A stretch of DNA of 64,000 bases, taken from contig NMRA01000075.1 in assembly GCA_002633005.1 (NCBI GenBank), positions 65,615 to 129,614 on the forward strand, read 5' to 3'. The number at the start of each line of letters is the position of its first letter. The first letter of the stretch is position 1. The notes under the pieces are model-generated. The model did no database searches. It was given only the letters and a program-made list of their open reading frames with translations, and was not told where the DNA came from. The translations under genes and the position numbers were made by a program. This DNA comes from Phoronis australis. Its lineage: Eukaryota; Animalia; Phoronida. Of the stretch, positions 49,901-62,072 are shown one piece after another.

Positions 49901-52900
49901 GCATGGACACATTTCTCAACTTCCGTAAACATCCATAGAACTCTAACATACCCACAACTTACTTCAAACCATTTTTGAGATTTCATAAATCGTGATGTTT
50001 TTTATCTTTAATTGAGTATCTTGTCACCAGCATGAACATAACTTAGAACTTCAACATCTGTTGCACTGGTACAAGAACAACGCCTTGGAACAGTACTGAA
50101 TTTTCAATTATGACCTTTGATACAATTTGGAAAACCGCAAGTGCCTGGTGGTTTAAAACTCAAGCACTGGGATAACTCTAAGGTTGGGCGTTCAAATCTG
50201 AGAACTGAACATACACTCAGGTGTTTAAATTGTGGAACTTAAAAATCGAACCAAAAACCAAAGGATGGGTGTTTAACCTAACACTACAAATGATGGGTGC
50301 CAGTAAAATGAAAATTTGAGCATGATTCTTTATCTGAAGATGGACATTGATTTAAAAGAATACGGTAGTACCACTGAAATTACCCTCGTCACTTACCAAA
50401 ATGTGTTACCGCAGACACAAGTGACGGGCTGAGCCTCAAAGTAGCTAACTTTGATAGCATGACCACAGTCAGGTGTGGGACACCACCTCATCAAGCGATT
50501 ACACTGGAACAAACGTGAAAAACATGGTTAAACTTCAGGACTTGGGCATGAAAGCAGAGCAACTGTAGTCACAATAGATGGCGCCACGTCGTCAGTCTGG
50601 TGGGGGGTGCCACCACAAGACGAATGAAATCATGGAAATTAAAATGGAACTATTGAAAGCAGTAAAGATAAAGCAGTGGAATTTTACAACACTTGCGTGC
50701 ATTCTTTGCCATCATCATGTCATCAATTTACCGTTGTTGTGAGATATGCACAAAAATCACCTTCATAAAATATTCATGGACATAAAGTTGCATTTTGTCT
50801 TAATATAATCAACTCAGCTTGTAAGAAGTGACATGTTTTTTTTTTGTGGCAGCTCTAACTATCAATGGTCCAGGAATTTTCCCCTCAACTCAGTTTTCAT
50901 ATTCATGCTACCTGAACCAAAATTCCAGTGCAAATACAAAACAAACCAAACAATAATGCGATAGGTTGGTCTGTAGTGGCAAGTTAAGCACAGCCATCGA
51001 ACCAAATTTCTACAGCAGGTATGACAATGCTGCTGGGAAAACGTCTCGACCACAATGCCCCAAGTGGGCACAAAATAAAACAAACTCAAAAGAATAATGC
51101 AGTAGCATTAACATGTTTGTATCTGCAGCAGTTTTTCAAGCAGCCTTCCCAAGCATAAATCTGCTGGCATTCCCAAGCACATGTGACCAGGATGTACAAG
51201 AACCCCAGGATTTACCTTGCAAATTTCAGCAAAGTATAAAGTCTCCCAAAACATCAATAATTACTAGTTGCTCACGTGGGGCAACTGACTCGTGGACATG
51301 TGAAAGGGACGTACAGGAACCCCAGGACCTGCCTTACAAATTTCAGAAAACAGGTCTTCCAAAACATCAATGATTACTAGTTGCTCATGTGTGGCAACTG
51401 ACTCATGCATCTGTGTACAGGATATACGATACAAGACCGCATGGGGTGGCTGACTCACCCGTGTACACTCCACATGTGAAAGGGACGTACAAGACCTCAT
51501 GGGGTGGCTGACTCACCCACGCACACTGCACATTTCAACAGGATGTACATACAAGACCGCATGGGGTGGCTGACTCACCCGTGTACACTCCACATGTGAA
51601 AGGGACGCACAACACTTCATGGGGTGGCTGACTCACCCACGCACACTGCACATGTGAACAGGACACAGTGCACATGTGAACAGGACACAGTGCACATGTG
51701 AACGGGGGTGTAAATAACTCACCTCTACAAAGCTGTTGGTGATGAGATGTTGATACTTTAACTTCACCCTCGGTTCTGTCACCAGCTTCATGACAGTCGC
51801 GTCATCTACCAGAATATCACAGCCGTGCGCAGCGCAAGATATCGTCTGAAATATGAGAGTAACAGAACCTCTCTAGGGAGTGACACACAATGTGAACTAA
51901 TTTGAAGGGAAAAAAGATGAATATGGTAATTTCAAAAAGATACTAAAACCGGCATTATTGGTAATTCTAGCAAAAAAAGGTTCGGTGACATGCTATGGTA
52001 CAATTAGTGGAGAGACACAAAACCATCATTCATTTCAGCTGAAAGATTTCTTCACTAAGTCCCTAACGTTATCTCAAATAATAATAATGAGAGCAGTACC
52101 CATTTGTTTAAGATTGTGCTCAATAGATGTCACCTGTTGTAATTATTAGTGCATCCTTGTGGGGCATCTGACTCACCCAAAGCAGTTGCCAATTTTGCAG
52201 ACTTCGTAATCAAGAGGAGTTTTCAAACTAATTCCAAACTTTTTTGAGTTGAAAATGGTGACACAGCAACATTTTGTTTCACAGATTTATTTTATCCAGA
52301 AAATCCACTGCTTAACATCCTTTTTAAAGACAACCGCTGTCTCCCTAGCTAGGCTATTATAATTAAGAACAAGATTGGAAAAATACATCTTTTCTCAAAA
52401 GAGCAGTGCTGCACTTCCATGAAATCCGGGTAAATCCTGCCACCACATCGTTGCTACAGCCATATTCAAGGTATGTGTGGTTGGGTCAGGGCTCAACCAG
52501 GACCCTGAAAGGTTGTCGTGTTGATAGACTTCCACGAAACGGTACACAAACATGGACCAATCCCGATATGCCTAAGGGATTGGTCTAAATCGGTTTTATT
52601 ACACAACGCCTGACACTTTTTCCCATCCGTTTGTTTCATCAAGTTAAACTAGCGTTTTCTTACACGCTTTGATGTACTGCGTCGCCCGCTCAATTTGTGG
52701 TCAGCATTTTATGATTTCTACAGCGGCTGATTGGTCAGATTGCGAACAGTGACATCTGACGCCAGGATCGCATGTACAAAAACCGATATTCCACAACCAG
52801 CTTTAGTTGGTAAAATATTACATAAAAACAGAAAACACCAATCATATTACAGATGTACCAGTGGTCATGCAATACTACGCAGTATTTACCAGGCCCATTC

Positions 52901-55900
52901 CTTCATCAATAATTTTGGTAGTCAGGTATTCCGTCCAGCACTTAACGCAGAATCTATGGCCACACTCCAAGCCAGTCAAACTCTGCAAGGAATACAAGAG
53001 TTCAAATGGTCGATGCCTAACATGATATAAAATAACAAAAGCACATTTTGAGCGTAAGGATAATCTATTTTTCCCCATTTGATAATAACGTCGACAAAAT
53101 AAGCCCTGAACAAGGAGTAGGAATAACAAGAAGAGTAAATTTCCGAAGTTGGTTTGCTCTCACTTACAAATTAACCTATTGACAGGATTTTCAGTGACAG
53201 CTTAACTGGCCAATTAGAATGCAGCATTCGTGACACACCTTCATTTCCAAGCTGCCACTTTAGCCGACAAACATCATGTTACCGGATAAAACTTATTGTT
53301 TGTTTGTCAACACTTAGAGGACGAATGTGACCTGTGCGATAGGTGCCCGCTTTCTTTACGCGAGGTAAGGGGTTCGAGTCCCAAAAAACGCGGAAACTTT
53401 TACGGCCCAAATCATGCCCGATAACTAGCCTTGAATGGTCGATGTGAACCTTTCCCCGACAAAAATCGGGAGGACTTAAAAAAAAAACGTTACCACCATC
53501 AGTAGCATGCGTCTGCGTCTTTTTAGCTCGCCCGTCCACTCCCAACCCACACATTTTTGGCTGCAGAGCGGTAGTATTTGTCGCCGCGCTTAACTATAAC
53601 ACGAGACGCCATTGAAAATCCCACCACACTGTCCCAGGTGCCCCGTCAATGTTGACAATTTACGTTCCTCCGAAACATAAAGAGCAACTTCCGCTTTTCG
53701 AGGTGAACGTCGTCTGCAACGCCGCGGTAAGAAAGGAATTTGCCGCGGAAATTTTATATCAAATCCGATTTTTTACGCGGAAATATTATAAAAAAAGCGG
53801 AAAGTAAATTTGAAAAAAGCGGAAATCCGCATTTCCATGGAAAATTCCAAGCCCTGACTGCTAGACCCTCTTGAGTCAGGTTTGTAGCCCCTTAGCTCGG
53901 TTTTAACTATATATTAATAAAGCATAAATTCAAAATGGTTCTAGGTGATTAGTGCAATAGGCCCACAAGCACGGCCCGCGCACATCTGGCACAATGTGTA
54001 CCAGACCACCTGCAATTATTTTTTTAAATACCATTTCGCAAGGGGGCTGAGCTTGCAATAGGTCAATTTGAGACCAAAAATGACACATATATTGCATTAA
54101 AATGGGAAAGCAAACATTTTTGATGTTACCTTTAGTAGAAATACTGATCCCTGGTTGGATGAAGGACAACCATTCCCTGTTAATTGCCATTCCCCAAGTG
54201 TACATCTATTATCTATGGAACACTGGCACATGACGTGAACAGTCCAGCAAAATGTCCGCATCTCAGTCCTACATTCACTTGCATTGAGCAAACATGCCAT
54301 TGATGTTTGCTCAAGGAAAGTGAATGCATAATCGAGATGGGGCTCCATTGTTGGGCTGTTTACATCACTTCCTGTTATCCCACGAATATCAAACGCACAA
54401 TGGAACAGTTATGAACATGGAAAAGTGTCTTCATAAGATAACCAGGGATTTATATATATCTATTAAAGGCGACACCAAAAATGGTTTCCTCTTTACAACA
54501 TACTTTAAAATGTCGTGCAGCACTTCATTCAAACCTACGGTAAAGTTTCAACTAAAATTGGAACAAACACCATTGCCAAGATTGCCATTTTCCAACTTCC
54601 AGAAGCTCTAACTTCATTGCGTGTTTATGACACTTGCGCAGTAAAAACTCAGGAAATGATGAAGTAAAATTTTCCTGGTGTTTAGTTTTGTTGATAATTT
54701 TGATAAAATAATTTTCCACTGCTCTGCCATATTGTCTTCTAAACTGAAGAAACTTTAGCGTACTTTTTGAGCTGGTCGCTAACCCTTTTAGTCAACACCA
54801 GCAGATATATGTTGCATTCCACTAAACAGCAGAGTACCAAGATCAAAACAGAATCTTGCCATAATGACCATTAAGCCAGTTCCACCCATCAAAACTTTAG
54901 AGAACTATATTGTAAATCTGAAACAAACTGACCAGCACTGCGTACTTACGTTGTGGCTGATGTCAGTGTCAGTAAGTAGGTGTGTACTGGACTACAAAAG
55001 ACGGCAAACCGGTGTTTGTATCTATAGTTATTGTTGACATGGATACAGGAAGTGATTACAATCCAGTATCCGTAGGAAAATTTGTAAACAATGAAGGACC
55101 AAGTGGTTCTGTGGAGAGTATTATACGAGTAACTGAGAAGGGAAAGATTTCAGTAGCAGTCATTATTAATGTATTAGCCAACATCATATTCTACAAGAGT
55201 CAGCACAGCGAAGAAGCCAATCCCAGACTTACCCCTACGGGTATTGTAAGATAACATATCTCACACTCGACAAGCTGGTTGCTTGCAGCTGCATTTGAGC
55301 GTGTGTTTATCTGCAATAGAAACAGGACAGTTTACAAACCAGTTTGGCTTCCAAAAGCCAAGTACACCTTCACAATATTGACATTAGTTGCTAATTACAG
55401 GGTTCCCAGATTTTGAGAACCAATTTTACACCCGTTATTCAGTGATTCTCAGAATTTGGGACCTCTGTCAGTGATCAATACTGCAAAATTAACGAGAGCA
55501 ACACAAAGCATTAAAACGTGCCTATGACTGCACCGGAAATGATATGTTGAGTTTATTGTTATCATAAAAAATGGCCACTAGATGGCACAGAATGTGTCAA
55601 ACCTATCTAAAACTGGGGTGACATTGTTGTCTCCCTAACAGAAACCAGTAGTAGTCATATCCATCCAAAAGTCATTGTCACATTCATAAGAAAAGAGCTG
55701 TCAAATTCCATAAAGATCTTGCAAATAGCTAAGGAGATACAGCCACAGTAACAGAATTGTCACTCAGGGGCACCACAGTAGCCTGACCCTTTCCAAAATC
55801 AATGTCAGCCATTGTCTTGTCACCAGGAATACCTATAGCGATTTTCGTAATGATCCTTCGGCAGATAGCAGCAGATGCTAAAAAACAAACTCGAAAAAAA

Positions 55901-58154
55901 TAACCACCAGGGGCTACAGGGTACATCAAATCCATCCAAAAATGATAAGGCCTCGTTAAAACCTTAATAGAATTCTGTCTGCCAAATTTCATGAAAACCC
56001 ATTAAGGAACTCAGAAGAAACAGAGAGAAAGTTGCCACTAGGGGGCACAGCAAAAGTCAGATTGATCTGAAACTAGCCACCACCTGGTATCAGTCTCATA
56101 GGAACACATCCTCCAAATGTCGTTATGATCCTGTAAGAGGTTAAAGAGATCAGCAGCGAAGACCCGATGCCCAGACACAGATGATGGCAATATGCACATA
56201 TGTATATGTGGGCACATAAAAACCTATTGAATTCATGAGCTCCATGTTTTTTCACAATCGGTAAACCAACCCTTAAACAAGTTTGGAAGTCAGCACAGTG
56301 AAAGTGTCTTACATGTCACACTTGAATTCACATCAAATATTGACCTGCACATGTCGTAACTGATATTGCATGAACACATTTATCTGCAGAAATAATGCGT
56401 CAAATTAATTGTTCACAAAATTTCTTCGAGAGAAGTTATTCACTCAAACATTCGACTTTTTACTTTTTGCTCGTCACTTCGCCAATTGCATTGTTACCTA
56501 GCAGTGTGCTCATGAACTAAAGCATTCACTTCCCTCATTGGTTGGCATTCGAGTCACTTCATGGTGTTATTGGGTCAAATAATGAGGTTAGAAGATGGCA
56601 GACGAATTGATTAGAAGAAGGTGAAAATTGTCGAAATATGAGCAGTTAAGACTGTTTGCATTTTTCTAAACGTGTCAAGGGAATTTGATTTGATTAGCCC
56701 TCCGGTGCTCCTTCAGCTCTGTTTAAGAGTACAACTATAATAATTATACAAAGAGAAGTGGGTAAGGTGCTACTGGCCTTTGAACCGAAGACGACATACC
56801 ATGGATTCAAGCATAAAATAATGCACGGTAGAAATTCAAATCATAACACACTAACCCTTAGACTACATTTTGAAGGTCGCTTTTCTGGACTGATGACATG
56901 GGCTTCAGAAAACAGCTTTTCTTGATCACCATCATAGTATCTGAAAGACACACAGAGCAGAGTTACACCTAGACCTCCCTAACAGGTTCACAACTTCATT
57001 GCTAACGACCTTACATGCAACCTATGAAATCTAACCGTATCTTACGAAAGACAATGGTAAAGTTTTAGTGCCTAATTTCAAGAATCACTTTCACCCATTG
57101 ATAGGCATGCAATAATTAGTAATTACCAGGTTCTTAAAATCTAGGATCACTAAAAGTGTCTATTGCTCTATGATCAGAACAGGTTAAAGAAGAGTTTCGA
57201 ATTTTGACTTTGTGAAAATTTGCTTTTGAATTTAAATTTCATTGTCCTCTGCGTGATTGAACCATTTCTTTTTCCAAAAGATAAGAATGTATATTTGCAA
57301 GTTCCAATACTGATACAATGGTATCCTTCATACAGTAAGCAGCATTCAGAAACATTTGATTTCAAAGCAAGAAAACAATTATTTCAAACTCATAATGGAT
57401 GACCTATTTATAATTTTAATTTTCTTCTCTCTGAGATTGTCCATGTTTTAAGTTTGACATTGAAATCTAACACTTCACATAACCTGAAAATTGATTCAAG
57501 TAGTGCTTCGTAATATATTACCTTTCCATTAACTTTTCCTTGTCCCATTTGAAATGGTTTAACAATATACGGGTTATTGTTGCTGGAAGCTGAAACAAAA
57601 TAAAAAGGGATGAAAACACAAAAGTTGGTACACACAAGCCATTTCAATTCAGAAGTGTGCAATCTAAACAAAAAATAGAGCATAAGCAATGTATTACTCC
57701 TGGAAAACAATACTGAATTGAATATGCTTCTTACAAACTGAACAAGCAATCCAATTGCATGTGCCCAAATTCATACCAAATAAAACAACCCAGATCAACT
57801 ATTAGCGAAATAGAAAGTCAAAGTGGCCACAAAATCTGGGTCCAGATTGAGAACGTCATTTGCCTTGATGATTCATCTCCAAGGCGAACCAGTCGCTTGA
57901 CTGTAATTTAAAGGCAAATAGCCCGTTCGCATACATACCTCGACGACATTATTGACATCTTTGATGCAGTCAACCATTCGCTGGACAATCATTTCTGGTG
58001 ACAAAACTTCGTAAGGAAAGTCTTCGTTGTCTTGTCTTTCGCTGGCGCTGCAGCTGGGTTCTGCTTCCATTCCGTCCACAAAGTGGTCGTCCCCATTATC
58101 ACTGGCTCCGTTTTCGGAATCATCATCATACATCACTTCGTCTTCTGAGTCCAT
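43959..58154 (-). CDS. ARIH1: E3 ubiquitin-protein ligase ARIH1 / ariadne-1 (RBR), complete, 14 exons, 511 aa
   Basis: Exons: 58154-57939, 57589-57522, 56940-56856, 55310-55233, 52982-52890, 51845-51723, 50503-50397, 49787-49673, 49320-49190, 48644-48587, 47677-47594, 47077-46901 (GC donor), 45662-45550, 44046-43959, total 1536 nt. Motifs: acidic N-terminus, UBA-like [25 protein letters not shown]1 [48 protein letters not shown]2 with catalytic DGGCNH, Ariadne domain [14 protein letters not shown]. Confidence 0.97.
47060..47400. repeat. Tandem ~140-bp duplication spanning the ARIH1 exon-12 acceptor
   Basis: CTGGAAA(A)G.G..GTTCACA.G.TA..AATT occurs at 47078, 47223 and 47358. The second copy also carries exonic TGATTGATG.GTAAA. 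Confidence 0.7.
48775..49189 (-). repeat. Decayed tandem copies (~60-70 bp, 5-6 units) of the 3' end and donor of the ARIH1 RING2 exon
   Basis: Units align by eye to exon-9 GTACCATGATGACCCATGTGGTTCCCACGGACCCAGGCAAACCCAGCAAAAGTCAGCCTTACAATG. One copy still translates as [13 protein letters not shown] versus [13 protein letters not shown]. Confidence 0.8.
50140..50315 (+). mobile_element. Possible degenerate tRNA-derived SINE
   Basis: A-box-like TGGTGGTTTA and B-box-like GTTCAAATC with tRNA-like spacing. No intact cloverleaf. Confidence 0.25.
51178..51720. repeat. Compound minisatellite in ARIH1 intron 6
   Basis: Two ~115-bp units grade into four 58/62-bp units with core ATGGGGTGGCTGACTCACCC, then 21-bp TGCACATGTGAACAGGACACAG units abutting the exon-6 donor. 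Confidence 0.85.
54950..54991 (-). CDS. ARIH1: Candidate 42-nt cassette exon of ARIH1 ([14 protein letters not shown])
   Basis: Acceptor TTTGCCGTCTTTTGTAG and donor AAC|GTAAGT. Phase 0-0 inside a phase-0 intron, with no stop codon. Confidence 0.5.
55565..56222 (-). mobile_element. Helentron/DINE-1-like (HINE) element, diverged
   Basis: Repeated CCACTAG..GGCACAG / CCAAATTTCATGAAAA units and the end GATGGCAATATGCACATATGTATATGTGGGCACATAAAAA, matching the 22830-23225 family. Confidence 0.6.
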
Positions 58155-58257
58155 GTTTCAATTTTTATCGATATTTTTTTCAGATTATGCCAAAAAATCC
58201 CCATTCATAAGAGCGCCCCTCTTTTTACCGTCCACTCCACCATTCGTGTTTATGTCT

Positions 58258-58267
58258 ATGACGTCAT
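58258..58267. promoter_or_regulatory. Palindromic CRE/ATF site in the putative ARIH1 promoter
   Basis: ATGACGTCAT about 105 nt upstream of the ARIH1 ATG. Confidence 0.45.
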
Positions 58268-60478
58268 TCACGAGTAACGACTTGGAGCTGTGATGAGCTT
58301 CTGGGGAATGTTTTCAATATTTTGCACTTTTTATCCCAACAATATGTTAAAATCCACAGCACAAAGAACAATTTTATTTTTTAATCTGTTCAGTGATCAC
58401 AAAATCGTACAGTTTCTTTTGTTACTTTTCCTGCAAACCACTTATTATCTCCTGCACTAAAGAACACCATTGCAACAAACCGATAGATAGTGCTGTCGTA
58501 GAAAAGCCAATTGGCGTTCAAGGCCTAGGCAGGCGCGAAGTTTTACCTCACGTATAAGGTTAACAAACTTGAAGTACCCTGAGATTTGTTAGTCTTTACC
58601 CATGATCTAAAACTAATCTCAATGCCTCTCTGATGTAAAACAGAGTAAACATACACAAGTAATAACTTGATTTAGTAGTATTGAAAAGAAATTTCAATTG
58701 AAAGACAAAAATGTTTCCTTCGCCAATTCTAATGGCAAATGATGAACTCAGACATCAGAGACCGTAGAACGGGCCTAAAACTTAATTAGGAACCGTGAGT
58801 GTAGGTGTAAAAAAGTACATTTCGCCGTTCTGGCTGGTTTGTGTTTTTGCCGATTCCTAATAAGTGTAGCCGGGGAGTCTTCAATAGGGAGTGGCTGTCA
58901 CTGAGTTATATAATTGCCTGTGGAGCTACAAAAAGCTCTTTCCTGCGATTTTCACTAATTCAGAACAGTAGTTCGGCACAGTGCATCGTTGAAAGGACAC
59001 TGAACTTTGTTTTGATGATTTCAACCACAAGCCTAGTTCTATCACTTCTAAGCATGCATCCGTGGCCTCACTAGTCGAATGACTGAAGCGCAGAAATCCG
59101 AACCTAAAGAATAGTAAGGCACACTCCTTGGGTGACATGGTGTGGGTGGATCGACTTTCGTCACACTGCCGTGTAAATGCCTCAGCGTAAGTTAGGCTTG
59201 ACCGTTTAGCAGGCTTTGAAAGGAGTTTTCAAATTTTCCCCCAAACTTTCGAGGGTTGTCGGGCATTGAGCATTTGAAGAATTGCCCGGGACGGACAAGT
59301 TATTTTTAATACCTGCAAATAGGTCAAAATCCGGTTTGGTATCCTTTTAAATACCCGGGGTTGAGACGTTCGGAGTAGATATGTAGCAGTATCGTATACC
59401 TACTGAAGGCGGGACTGAGGATTTGCAGTGTCACGATGAATTATTTCAACGAGTACATAATTGGGGAAACTCTCGTTGTTCAACTGATGTGGCCTTTAAG
59501 TTGCACACCGGAAATAAATAATAAACCGTTGCCTGCGTTCGGTGGAAGTAATTTATTTAGACTATCATCCAATTGTCCTAGAAGCTAGATTCATGAGTTT
59601 AGACTACTTGCCGCTGTAAACTTAAACTAGAACTGAGCCGATGATAAGTGATCTACTATTGGTCTTGTTTAAAGCTGGTACTTCTCGGTTGTTGCTGCAT
59701 GGAGATCATGTTTGTCGGGAACTTAAAACGACATGCCGTGGTAGTTCAATTTGTAAACTTGGTTTCAAGCAAAAACGAACTTGGGCCTAAGTTCTTTCCG
59801 TACGTGGTCTCACAAATTAAAAACTATTTTCGTTACAGAAGTACCAGCCGTTTATAGCCGCTGCTTATTTTTTGAATTCTATAATGAACAGGCTAACGCA
59901 AGGAATTCAGCTGTCGGCGACGGTGCGGTACTACTAGACGCTTGTCAAGAATATGTCAATAGCTTATATGTATGACAACCGAAGCACATGAGTATATCGC
60001 CATCCTTTAAATCGTAATGATATTTCATCGGTGCCGGATAATTATTATCCGCTGGTATCCACGGTACAATTAGTTGGGCCTAGGATCAAACGTAGGAACT
60101 GGATAAGGATACTTTACACTGAAGACAGCAGAGCTCACACAAAACACAAGTCGGGTTTAATTTGTAACCACTTGGCCTCCAAAGTGATCATATATCGTTT
60201 GAAAGAAAGTAGCTTCATTTCTAAAGGGTCGACTTTGAAAGCGGCACATTTCGACAATTTTTATGTGTGAAACAATTATATTACTACCGGTACGTGACAG
60301 CATATATACGGTACAAGAAATATATCAAAGTTGTCGGCTGAATGCTAAGGAAGTTGCTTTTTTGCAGACACACTTTTCGAGTGAAATTTCAAGTGTTTAC
60401 TTTAGAAGTCTATGGTGTACGTAAAACGTACTATTACCCACAGAACCCGCATTACCTGGCTTTGTTTGTATTAGTATG

Positions 60479-60729
60479 CTAGCACGCAACCAGCCTAAAA
60501 TATGAGAGGTTCGAATTTTTGAGAACTGGACCTTTTACTGAGATTCATGCGATACGTTCAGAGCTATGGATTGTGCATTCGCCAAATTTTGGTAGTTCCT
60601 GCCTTTTTAGTGGACTTTTGTCTCGCTTTAAACTTTTTACGGTGTTTTTGTTTTTCCGAGGCGGACCTTTTTGCCCACTCGCCTAACGGGGGGGNTCGGC
60701 CCCCCCTCCCCGCCCTGGGTGCGCTCATG
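60479..60729. mobile_element. MITE, CATGCGCGCACCCA TIR family (copy 3)
   Basis: Right TIR CTGGGTGCGCTCATG and a degenerate left TIR. Internal identity with 17381-17627. Flanks GTATG/ATATG. Confidence 0.7.
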
Positions 60730-61923
60730 ATATGAATGCATCAGGAGATCCATTGCCGCGCGTGGTTTCCTTCTGTGCTTGTGAAGAATTAATATGAATT
60801 TCGCGCTTACTCCCTTCCCGTACTGACAGGGGCAAACCCAGGTGGCGACCAGACCGCAAGGTGCGAAATTGACAACAGGGGAATTGTACGTAGCGGTGGC
60901 TACCGTGGACTAACATGAATTTGACAAAGTCAAATTGTTTGTGCCTTCTTACGGGTCCGGATTTTAGAAAAGTGTTTGTCGAGATTGGAGTTTGCATCCC
61001 GAATGCCCATTCATACTTTTTAAAAAAACAATCTGTTCCGGCGGTTATCCGGCATTGCATCAAAAACCGAGTGATGGTTACCTCGTCTCCTTATGCGCAA
61101 TGAATCTGAATGTGTGGTGTGCATGGAAAGTTTCAAAATGTCAATTGGAAAACCAAGAAAACGAGTTTTCCTGGCTAAAGCAAACCTCGGCGATATGTGG
61201 GACACAAATGATTTACCTTACTTGCTATGCACACAATAATGAGAGTATATAATGCGACTGCATATTGGACTTGACGTCCAAGTTCAGTTTAATTTTAAGT
61301 TTGCTGTTTTATATTATTTTTAATCAAAGTGCTCATATGCTCTTGGCACCCTTCGGTCATGGTAGATCAATATGTTAAGTGATGTGTCAACGCTCCCAAT
61401 TAGGGGTACTCCATGAGTTTTGACGAGGGTGCCGTTAGATACCCACCTTGAGAGCGCCCATAGCAAAAATGTTTTGTACTGTTTGTAAACGGTACCAAAT
61501 ACTCTTTACATCACTACTGAACTATAAGAACTGATTGAACTGAAACATTCTAAAAACCCTTCTGATGACTCAAATAAATTGAAACCCTTCCGTAGAACAC
61601 TGAATCAACAATAAACTTTTCAGTGTCGGAAAAGGCACAGCTCGAATAGAATCGGGACAAGATGCGGATAAACGCACCCACCACGTGACAGTTGCTTGTC
61701 CAGTGTATACACCCGGTTATTAACATTATTCCACGCACTGGGCAACACTCGCTGAACTGCATTACGGCTTATCCGACGGCAGATACAAATCCGCCTCCCA
61801 TTGCAAAAACTGGTCTCAAATTGTTCCTTAATCAAATCAGAGGTAACTTCAGTTTTTCCAAATGACTGACAGTGCGTTATTTCTGGAGACAAGGTGGCTT
61901 TTAAATCATGACAGGTCACTTTA

Positions 61924-62072
61924 CAGGGGCGGATTCAGGATTTTGAGTTGAAGAGGCTGGACAGGATTTTGCTGTCAGACATTTGCAACCCCCGTATTGC
62001 CAAATGGAATCTGGGAGAAATTTAGGGGGGGCATGGCCCCCTTGCCACACCCGCCCCTTAAATCCACCACTG
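61924..62072. mobile_element. MITE, CAGGGGCGGAT TIR family
   Basis: CAGGGGCGGATT ... AATCCACCACTG. Flanks CTTTA/CTTCA. Confidence 0.6.

Noticed and set aside
51421-51720. Regularly spaced repeats resembling a CRISPR array
   Set aside because: The 'spacers' are themselves repeated, the context is a eukaryotic intron, and no cas genes are present. It is a minisatellite.
56345-56383. 39-nt phase 0-0 segment in ARIH1 intron 3 with a good acceptor
   Set aside because: The donor GTCAAT is weak, so it is probably a pseudo-exon.
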